The position numbers were made by a program, and so were the translations under genes. A stretch of 64,000 bases of DNA from Acidobacteriota bacterium (GTDB lineage Bacteria; Acidobacteriota; CAIWXX01), in contig JBFMAF010000036.1 in NCBI GenBank assembly GCA_040755995.1, positions 32,001 through 96,000 of the forward strand, in the 5' to 3' direction. How positions within the stretch are numbered: the stretch's first letter is position 1; each line of letters starts with the position of its first letter. This document shows positions 56,814 to 64,000 of this stretch, in pieces. Under the pieces are notes generated by a model. The model was not told the DNA's origin. It worked only from the letters and a program-made list of their open reading frames with translations, and did not search any database.

Positions 56814-57752
56814 ATGAATACTACCAGTGCCGGTGTCGCGCTGAGGTGCCGGGGACTTGTCAAGCGCTATGACCAGGTGCAGGCCGTGGCTGGGCTCGAT
56901 CTGGAAGTGCATTCGGGCGAATGCTTCGGACTGCTCGGCCCGAACGGCGCCGGCAAGACGACGACCGTCGAGATACTCGAAGGGCTCACGGTCGCGGATG
57001 AAGGAGAGGTGGAGGTGCTGGGCTGCCGATGGCACGAAGGGGACGATCGCGCGTTGCGCGAACGGCTCGGAGTGCAGCTGCAGGAGACTCAGCTGGCAGA
57101 GAAACTCACGGTTGAGGAAACAATCCGCCTCTTCCGCAGCTTCTACCGGAGCGGGCGCGGCCTGGATGAAGTGATTGCGCTAGTGGGGATGGAGGAGAAG
57201 CGCCGGGCGCGAGTGGGGAAGGTCTCCGGCGGCCAGCGGCAGCGTCTCGCGCTCGCCTGCGCGCTCGTCTCCGACCCCGAGCTGCTCTTCCTGGACGAGC
57301 CCACTACCGGGCTCGACCCGCAGGCGCGCCTGATGGTGTGGGAAGTGATCGAGGGGTTCAAGTCGCGTGGCGGCACGGTGATGCTCACCACGCACGACAT
57401 GGAGGAGGCCTCGCGCCTGGCCGACCGGGTCGCCATCATGGACCATGGGCGCGTCATCGCGATCGGCACTCCATCCGAACTCGTGGCGTCGCTGCGCGCC
57501 GAGCAGATCGTGGAGGTCATCGCCGACGGAGATCTCGACGCGGGCGCCCTCGCGGCCCTGCCTGGGGTCAGCGGTGTCGACCGCCGCGGCGGCGGCTTCA
57601 TGTTGTCAGTGCGTGATATCGCCACCGTGCTCCCGGCGTTGCTGGGCGAGCTTTCGCGGCGCCGAGCGCACCTGAGGTCTCTGCAAACGCACCAGGCCAC
57701 GCTCGAGGACGTATTCGTGCACTTCACAGGCCGGGGATTGCGCGATGAGTAG
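56814..57752 (+). CDS. ABC-2 exporter ATP-binding protein
   Basis: GPNGAGKTT, VSGGQRQR, LFLDEPTTGLDP, TTHDMEEA. Confidence 0.95.
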   Translation: MNTTSAGVALRCRGLVKRYDQVQAVAGLDLEVHSGECFGLLGPNGAGKTTTVEILEGLTVADEGEVEVLGCRWHEGDDRALRERLGVQLQETQLAEKLTVEETIRLFRSFYRSGRGLDEVIALVGMEEKRRARVGKVSGGQRQRLALACALVSDPELLFLDEPTTGLDPQARLMVWEVIEGFKSRGGTVMLTTHDMEEASRLADRVAIMDHGRVIAIGTPSELVASLRAEQIVEVIADGDLDAGALAALPGVSGVDRRGGGFMLSVRDIATVLPALLGELSRRRAHLRSLQTHQATLEDVFVHFTGRGLRDE

Positions 57753-58791
57753 ACGGCCGGGCCCGCTGGTCGAGCTGACCCGCGCGCGGATACTCGAGTT
57801 CGTGCGCGAGCCCGAGGCCGTCTTCTGGGTGTTCGTGTTCCCGGTGCTGCTGGCGCTGGCCCTCGGGATCGCCTTCCGCGCGAAGCCCGTCGAGAAGGCT
57901 CGCGTCGCCGTCGTCTCAGACTCGCCGGCCGTAGAGGCGCTGGCAGGGCAGATTCGGAGCGCTCCTGATATCGATTTGGAGTCGCTTGATTCGAAGGCCG
58001 CGGTCGAATCGCTGCGCAAGGGGAAGGTCGATATCGTGATCGAGATCCGCTCCGGCGGCGAGGTGACCTACCGGTACGACCCCACTCGATCCGAGAGTCG
58101 CACGGCGCGGCTGTCGGTGGACAACGCCGTTCAGCGCGCGCGCGGCCGTGCGGACCCGCTGCCCGTCCGCGAAGAGCACGTGGTCCAGCCCGGATCGCGG
58201 TACATCGATTTTCTCATCCCGGGGCTGGTCGGTCTGAACCTGATGGGCTCGGGGATGTGGGGAATCGGTTTCTCCGTGGTGGTGTCGCGCACGCGCAAGC
58301 TGCTCAAGCGATTCGCAGCGACGCCCATGCGCCGTTCCGACTACTTGCTTTCATTCGGCCTGTCGCGGCTGGTGTTTCTGGTGGTGGAGGTAGCCGCGGT
58401 CATCGCCTTCGGCTGGGCTGTTTTCGGCGTGCGGGTTCGCGGCTCGATGATCGACCTTGCCGTCGTGACGCTCGTGGGGTCCGGCACGTTTGCCGGTCTC
58501 GGCCTTCTCGTGGCGGCGCGTGCGAGGACGATCGAGGCCGTGTCGGGATGGATGAACCTGGTCCAGCTGCCGATGTGGTTGGTGTCGGGGACGTTCTTTT
58601 CGTATGAGCGCTTCCCCGCTGCTGTGCACGGAGCCATCCGCGCTCTGCCGCTCACGGCGCTCAACGATGCGCTGCGCGCGGTGGTGAACGACGGAGCTCC
58701 GCTGGCCGCCAGCTGGGTCGAGATGCTGATTCTGCTGGCCTGGGGCACGATCTCGTTCGCGATCGCCGTCCGCATCTTCCGCTGGCAATGA
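57745..58791 (+). CDS. ABC-2 exporter permease
   Basis: REPEAVFWVFVFP, YIDFLIPG, LKRFAATP, SGTFF, FRWQ. Confidence 0.93.
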   Translation: MSRRPGPLVELTRARILEFVREPEAVFWVFVFPVLLALALGIAFRAKPVEKARVAVVSDSPAVEALAGQIRSAPDIDLESLDSKAAVESLRKGKVDIVIEIRSGGEVTYRYDPTRSESRTARLSVDNAVQRARGRADPLPVREEHVVQPGSRYIDFLIPGLVGLNLMGSGMWGIGFSVVVSRTRKLLKRFAATPMRRSDYLLSFGLSRLVFLVVEVAAVIAFGWAVFGVRVRGSMIDLAVVTLVGSGTFAGLGLLVAARARTIEAVSGWMNLVQLPMWLVSGTFFSYERFPAAVHGAIRALPLTALNDALRAVVNDGAPLAASWVEMLILLAWGTISFAIAVRIFRWQ

Positions 58792-58823
58792 TCGAGCAGG
58801 GCCACCGGCCGCACGGTCAGGCC

Positions 58824-59942
58824 TCAGCGCCCGAGGTTGTACGCCAGCCCGACTGAGAAGCGAGGGTCCGAGATCAGGTCTGGGAAACGGACGGCGAGCT
58901 GGCCGCGGAGATCGATGCCCATGGAATGGCCAATCGGGAACTGCCACCCGCCGCCGGCCACGAGACAGCCGGGGTAGAACTCGGTGTCGCGAGTCACACT
59001 CGACTGGCGGAAGCTGCCGATCGAGGTTTCGGAATGCTTCGTTCCCGTGAGGTATGCCATGCCGTATCCAGCTTCGAGGTAGGTTGTGCCTCTTGGCGAC
59101 TTCGTCAATTCTCCTCTCAGCAGAAGTGTCGCGTCGTACAGCCGCCCGTCACGATACTCGCTGCGCGTCGTCCCGATTATCGATGCCCCATCCTCGTTCA
59201 ATGGATACAATCCCTGGCTCGTTTCAGTCCAGGTGGCCATGAGGTTGTAGTTGATCTCCGCGCCGAGCTTGAGCCCGGGCCTGATCGGGAAGTAGAAGCC
59301 CACGCCGAGCCCGCCGGATGGCCGCGTGTATCCGGCTTCGTCCACGTACCGTTTGAGCACAACGCCCGCGTTCCCCCGGACCGTAACGGCGGGTGAGCCG
59401 CGAGCGCTCTCCGGTGGGCGCACGGCGACGATTCGGCCGTCCACCGTCGTCGCGAAGTAGTACCGATGGCGCGTGAAGGAACGGCCGCTGTAGTAGCCGA
59501 ACAGGCCGCCGCCTGTGGCACCGGCCCCGACTCCCGTGATAAACGCCAGGGCACCCGACTCATCTGCGGCTCCGGCCAATGCCGCCCCGCTGATCAGCCC
59601 GTAAAGCCCGCCCAACGCAGCTCCGGACCACTTCGCCGCGCCGCTTCCGTCGTCCTCGACGTACTCGACCTCAGCGATAGGAATCTCGCGAACCGGTCGA
59701 GAGCCCTCGGCCGGCTCTGTTGTTCGGCTCAGGTCGCTCAAGAGCAGACCGCTCTGCGTGCGACCCTCGTACCTCCCGCGCACCTTCCTCCCGTCGAGCA
59801 TCCGCACGTTCACAATGCGCCCACGAATCGATTCGTCCAGGACCGGGTCGGGTGCTGGGGAAGAATGGAGGCAGAAGGGAAACAGGAATAGGGCTGTCAC
59901 TGCGAGCAGCCGCGTTCGCGCCGTGGCGATTAGCTCGATCAT
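58824..59942 (-). CDS. Outer-membrane beta-barrel protein with N-terminal Sm/SH3-like and glycine-zipper segments
   Basis: Signal peptide; VRMLDGRKVRGRY; GAALGGLYGLISGAA; alternating aromatic strands ending VGLAYNL. Confidence 0.7.
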   Translation of the reverse strand: MIELIATARTRLLAVTALFLFPFCLHSSPAPDPVLDESIRGRIVNVRMLDGRKVRGRYEGRTQSGLLLSDLSRTTEPAEGSRPVREIPIAEVEYVEDDGSGAAKWSGAALGGLYGLISGAALAGAADESGALAFITGVGAGATGGGLFGYYSGRSFTRHRYYFATTVDGRIVAVRPPESARGSPAVTVRGNAGVVLKRYVDEAGYTRPSGGLGVGFYFPIRPGLKLGAEINYNLMATWTETSQGLYPLNEDGASIIGTTRSEYRDGRLYDATLLLRGELTKSPRGTTYLEAGYGMAYLTGTKHSETSIGSFRQSSVTRDTEFYPGCLVAGGGWQFPIGHSMGIDLRGQLAVRFPDLISDPRFSVGLAYNLGR

Positions 59943-59991
59943 GTCTCATCTCCTTTTGGATGTCTGCGACGGCCATGCGTCACTTGTGCCG

Positions 59992-60007
59992 TGCAATCCC
60001 TGTGCCA
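59992..60007 (-). promoter_or_regulatory. Consensus sigma54 promoter
   Basis: Minus strand TGGCAC-AGGGA-TTGCA, about 50 bp upstream of the ATG at 59942. Confidence 0.85.
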
Positions 60008-60292
60008 ACCGCACTCCGCCCTGGCACCGCGTGCCCGGTTCGCGCAGGCACAGGGGTGAATCGCTTGACAGAGAAGGCGTTCTCGGAGACTCGGGAACGC
60101 TCCTTCCCTGCAGTGCCGCACGTGATCGCTATCCGATCGGATAGCCCGGCTGCACAATCAGAGAGCGTGCCGGCGCACCCGGGGACGCTGCCTTGTTCGT
60201 TGTCCCGGTGAGCCGGTGCCTGCGAAGCAGGTATAATAGCAGAGGAGACTGCCGGCGAGTCGTTCGCCGAATCGGGATCAGGAGGCTGTTCG

Positions 60293-60943
60293 ATGCTCGT
60301 ACGCGACTGCATGACACGCAATCCCATCACCGTTCGTCCAAGCGGCGACCCGTTGGCGGCCCTGGCGGTGCTGAACGCGGGCCGGTTCCGGCACCTGCCG
60401 GTGACGGAGGAAGACGGGACGCTGGTCGGTATCGTGGCGCGTGCGGACCTGGAGCTGTTCCTGTCACAGGCGGGCTCACCGGGCGTCATGAAGCGACAGC
60501 ACCGCATCGATCAGGTGATGCTGCGGGAGGTTGCGACAGTGACGCCGGACTGTCCGATCGAGGAAGCCGCCGCCATGATGGTCCGGCGCAAGGTCGGCAG
60601 CCTGCCGGTGATCGAGGACAACCGCGTGGCCGGGATCATCACAGAGACTGACCTGTTCGAGAGATTCGCGGCGGCGCTGAGCGGCAGCCCCGGATCGGTC
60701 CGCCTGACGGTGCAGTTATCGGACACGCCCGGGCAGCTGGCCGAGCTCGCGGGGCGCATCGCGCGGGCTCAGGGCAACATCACGTCCATGGTCGCGTTCA
60801 CGGCGGGCGAGCAGGGGCGCCAGAACATCACGCTGCGCGTGGCGGGTGTGGCGAGCGAGACGCTGGTCGCCGCGGTGGAGGGAATGGAAGGCGCCGAGGT
60901 GCTCGGCGTGCTCGGCCGCCGCGACTCGGGCGAAGGGCGCTGA
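60293..60943 (+). CDS. CBS-pair plus ACT-domain protein (AcuB-like)
   Basis: MLVRDCMTRNPITV, FRHLPV, VGSLPV, GIITETD; ACT segment DTPGQLAEL...GNITS. Confidence 0.9.
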   Translation: MLVRDCMTRNPITVRPSGDPLAALAVLNAGRFRHLPVTEEDGTLVGIVARADLELFLSQAGSPGVMKRQHRIDQVMLREVATVTPDCPIEEAAAMMVRRKVGSLPVIEDNRVAGIITETDLFERFAAALSGSPGSVRLTVQLSDTPGQLAELAGRIARAQGNITSMVAFTAGEQGRQNITLRVAGVASETLVAAVEGMEGAEVLGVLGRRDSGEGR

Positions 60944-61009
60944 GACACCGCTGGCGCGACCTCGTGCGCTTCATGGGCTTCAGGCCCCGCCTTGCGGGTT
61001 CCCGGGCCA

Positions 61010-62065
61010 CTACGCAGCTTCGAGCGCCCCGTGGAAGGGGTCGACTGCGCGGCGCTGGATTCGCTTGACGCGGCAGGTCCAGGGTGGGATCTCTCCGATC
61101 TGCGATGTGGTGATCGCGGCCGTGGCCGGGCACACGCTGCAATGCTTCGGATTCCTGCACATGAAGCAGAACTGCTTCTCTGAGGTGAAAAAGACATCCT
61201 GGCGCAGGCAGGCATAGTTCTCCATTACCGCCGCATGATCCTTGGTGAAGCGATCCACGGTGCCGAAGCAGTACCTGCGATAGTCGGGCGACCGCTTCCT
61301 GTCTTTGAGGAAATCAACGAACATGTGGCATCCCCAGACTGTGCCATCGGGCGCCAGTGCGAACCGGTCCTGGCCGGCCGTGCACTCGAACATTGCCGGC
61401 TCGGATCGCCTCTGGAAGACAGCAACTGGGATGCGGCCGGTGCCCCGGTAGTGGTCAAGCAGCACCGCGGACACCCCTTTCAGCTGGCGATCCAGTTCGG
61501 CAATATCCCGCTCGCTCCACGGGGACAGCAGGTCCAGTGCATACGTGACCCGCGGGACTCCACACTGGATGAGCCGCTGGAGCGTTAGGCAGAGCGTGGC
61601 AGCGGTATTCGGGGTGAACACGCTGTTCGTTTCCAGCCGAATCCTTCGCCCACCCCGGATCTCCCGGATCTTCCCCAAAACGGCTTCGGCGCTGCCGTGC
61701 CTTCTGTTCAGGTCGTGCGCCACGCCGTCAAAGCTGACGATGACGGTGAAATGGTGATCCGCGAGGAACGTGATCGCGTTGTCTCCGAGCAGAGAGGCGT
61801 TGGTCGTGATAGTGTATCGGATCTTGCGCCGCCCGGCGGCCTTCATCCGGTTCACGGTATAACGCACTGCGTCGAACGCGAGCAGCGGTTCGCCGCCATA
61901 GAAGCCTATCTCGCACTCGGGCGACAGGCGCGGCTCCAGGAACCCGAGGAACCCGTCGATCCGATCCTCGGTGAGCCTTCTCTTCCCCTTCTTCTGCGGG
62001 CAGTAGGCACAGTCGAAGTTACAGGCATCGGTCACCGAGATAGTCAGGTTGCTGCAGGATTCCAT
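61010..62065 (-). CDS. Radical SAM protein with SPASM domain
   Basis: CNFDCAYC, FYGGEPLL, TTNASLL, VSFDG; SPASM Cx12Gx4C ... Cx2Cx5Cx2Cx18C. Confidence 0.92.
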   Translation of the reverse strand: MESCSNLTISVTDACNFDCAYCPQKKGKRRLTEDRIDGFLGFLEPRLSPECEIGFYGGEPLLAFDAVRYTVNRMKAAGRRKIRYTITTNASLLGDNAITFLADHHFTVIVSFDGVAHDLNRRHGSAEAVLGKIREIRGGRRIRLETNSVFTPNTAATLCLTLQRLIQCGVPRVTYALDLLSPWSERDIAELDRQLKGVSAVLLDHYRGTGRIPVAVFQRRSEPAMFECTAGQDRFALAPDGTVWGCHMFVDFLKDRKRSPDYRRYCFGTVDRFTKDHAAVMENYACLRQDVFFTSEKQFCFMCRNPKHCSVCPATAAITTSQIGEIPPWTCRVKRIQRRAVDPFHGALEAA

Positions 62066-62076
62066 CTGGCCTCCAC

Positions 62077-62209
62077 AAGCTAGCACCGGACTCGATTGAA
62101 GGCAATCGAGCAGCGACGGCGGCGGCGGGCCCAGATAGTCTAAGGGGCGGCCCCGGTGCGCAGCAGCGCAGGAAAGAGGCTTTCCTCAGCGCGCCCGATC
62201 TAATAGAAT
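62077..62209. promoter_or_regulatory. Divergent sigma70 promoters, each with an inverted repeat over the -35
   Basis: Minus: TTGCCT-17-TAGCTT with CTCGATTG-AAGG-CAATCGAG (62091-62110). Plus: TTTCCT-17-TAGAAT with AGGAAAG-AGG-CTTTCCT (62170-62186). Confidence 0.5.
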
Positions 62210-62243
62210 ACGTCTAAGTTTTGCATAGCGAAAGGAAAGAACC

Positions 62244-62459
62244 ATGCCGGCAGAAACCCCGAAAGATGTAACCATTCGTGAATGCATCCAGATTCTCGAG
62301 GACTACCTGAATTCCCTGCCTGAAGACATGAAGAAGAAGCCGCCTCACAAGCAGGCGGGGAAGGCTCTCAACCGGTTGACGTCACTCATTGATATAACGG
62401 CTAGACAGGCGCAGGAGTTGATCAAGCGAACCTGCGACCCCCGGCCCGTGATCGGATAG
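62244..62459 (+). CDS. 71-aa peptide, candidate RiPP precursor or signal peptide
   Basis: RBS AAAGGAAAG; helical N-terminal part; C-terminal TCDPRPVIG; divergent from the rSAM/SPASM gene. Confidence 0.75.
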   Translation: MPAETPKDVTIRECIQILEDYLNSLPEDMKKKPPHKQAGKALNRLTSLIDITARQAQELIKRTCDPRPVIG

Positions 62460-62495
62460 AGGGCAGCTAGTGCCCAAGGGCCGATTTCCAGCAGA

Positions 62496-64000
62496 ATGAG
62501 ACTACTACGGGGAGTGGTGTTCCTTCTGATGGCCACTCCTCTCTTCGCCCTGGACCCGGCGAAGAAGCCGTCCCAGTACTGCATGGACGTGTGGCAGGTG
62601 GGGCGCGGCCTGCCTCAGAACCACGTGATCGCGCTCCTGCACGGCCGCAAGGGGTACCTCTGGCTATCCACCTTCGACGGACTGGCCCGGTTCGATGGGG
62701 TGAGCTACAAGGCATTCGGAACAGGGGAGATGAGGACCGGCCCGAGCAATATCGTGCGCGAGATTTTTCAGGATGAGAATGGAGTCCTCTGGATGGGCAC
62801 GCAGAGCGACGGGCTGATCAGTTATTCGGATGGTCTATTCAGAACCTACACCGTCGGCGAGGGACTGGCGGGCGTGCAGGTCTTGGCAATCGCTCGAGAT
62901 GGTCAAGCCGGTCTCTGGATTGGGACTGACAGAGGCCTGAACCGATTGAAGAATGGGAGAGTCGACGCGCCGTTCGGAAATGTGCTGACCGGCACATCCG
63001 TGCGTTCTCTTTGCATCGATCGGCACGGCGGGCTCTGGATCGGGACTGATGGAAATGGACTCTTTCATGCGAGAGTCGGCGCGGCAGACATCCGGCGCGG
63101 TCCGGCCATGATCGCGAGCGAGACAATCGACGCCATTCGCGAGGACCGAGAAGGGATGCTCTGGGTCGGTACGAGCAAGGGAATCGTCACGATCAAACAG
63201 GGCGGACTCGGCAGCCCTACGCGCGTGCCCGGCCTGGAGCACATGTGGGTGACGTGCGTCCTCCAAGATCGCGATGGGAGTCTCTGGGTCGGCAGTTCCA
63301 GCGCGGGAGTCGCTCGCATCGCCCAAGGTCGAGTGGATAGGCTCACGACTCGCGACGGACTGCCGTCGGACCAAGTCCAGTCGATGGCGGAAGACCCGGA
63401 AGGAAGCCTCTGGATCGGGACCATTGATGGAGGTCTTGTCCGCCTGAAAGACGAAGCGTTCACGGCCTATACGAGTCGGCAGGGCCTGTCGGGTGACATG
63501 ACAAGTTGCTGCTTCGAGGACCACGCCGGCGCCGTCTGGGTCGGAACCACAAAGGGTGGTCTCAGTAGGCTCGACGCTCGCGGCATTGAGGTATTCGACA
63601 CATCCGATGGGCTGAACGACAATCTCGTCACGTGCGTGATCGATGACGATCGGGGACGGATCTGGGTTGGTAGCTATGGCGGCCTGAATCAGATTTTCGA
63701 CGGGATGGTACAGTCCCAAGGGTTCTTGCCGGGACTGCACGTGTTCTCTACAGAGCTCGATCGCGATGGCGCATTGTGGGCCGGAACTGACGGTGGGTTG
63801 TATCGCATCCGCGAAGGCGATACTACGCACTACTCCACAAGGGACGGACTGTCGGATGACGGTGTCTCCTGTCTCCTGGTGGACGGAACGGGGAAGCTAT
63901 GGGTAGGCACTGACGGCGGGCTGAACTACTGGACTCATGATAACGTCCCCTCCTTCGGATCGGAGAAGAGCCTATCAGGGTCCTCTGTGACCTGCATTTT
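62496..64000 (+). CDS. Two-component-regulator beta-propeller (Reg_prop) sensor protein, 3' end outside window
   Basis: Not in the ORF track because it has no stop in the window. MRLLRGVVFLLMATPLFALDPAKKPSQY...GLPQNHV...GYLWLSTFDGLARFDG, with repeated D-x-x-G-x-LW[IV]GT-x-x-GL blades. Confidence 0.92.
   Translation, partial: MRLLRGVVFLLMATPLFALDPAKKPSQYCMDVWQVGRGLPQNHVIALLHGRKGYLWLSTFDGLARFDGVSYKAFGTGEMRTGPSNIVREIFQDENGVLWMGTQSDGLISYSDGLFRTYTVGEGLAGVQVLAIARDGQAGLWIGTDRGLNRLKNGRVDAPFGNVLTGTSVRSLCIDRHGGLWIGTDGNGLFHARVGAADIRRGPAMIASETIDAIREDREGMLWVGTSKGIVTIKQGGLGSPTRVPGLEHMWVTCVLQDRDGSLWVGSSSAGVARIAQGRVDRLTTRDGLPSDQVQSMAEDPEGSLWIGTIDGGLVRLKDEAFTAYTSRQGLSGDMTSCCFEDHAGAVWVGTTKGGLSRLDARGIEVFDTSDGLNDNLVTCVIDDDRGRIWVGSYGGLNQIFDGMVQSQGFLPGLHVFSTELDRDGALWAGTDGGLYRIREGDTTHYSTRDGLSDDGVSCLLVDGTGKLWVGTDGGLNYWTHDNVPSFGSEKSLSGSSVTCI

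Overview
GC-rich bacterial chromosomal window, Gram-negative and probably an Acidobacteriota-like aerotolerant anaerobe (inferred from gene content only). Recognisable core genes: a CzcCBA-type RND heavy-metal efflux system (5' end cut off), cytochrome bd (cydAB), HrpA helicase, a KamA-type lysine 2,3-aminomutase, an acyl-CoA dehydrogenase, two ABC exporter modules and an MBOAT/SGNH acylation pair. Signalling genes are abundant: two Ser/Thr kinases, an FHA-sigma54 activator, two ECF sigmas, REC-HD-GYP, PilZ and a beta-propeller sensor. Small toxin-antitoxin-like cassettes, truncated gene remnants and 7-8 bp intergenic tandem repeats are scattered throughout. The two strongest candidates for undescribed systems are (i) a radical SAM/SPASM enzyme divergent from a 71-aa Cys-tailed peptide and a beta-propeller sensor (61010-64000), a possible RiPP or peptide-signalling locus, and (ii) a hydrogenase-less HydABC/NuoEFG-like operon whose flavoprotein is fused to a GltD/NfnB-like module and which is paired with a stand-alone glutamate-synthase FMN domain (20611-27129), a possible electron-bifurcating enzyme. 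No rRNA, tRNA, CRISPR array, integrase or transposase was recognised. All family calls come from reading motifs by eye; no database searches were run.
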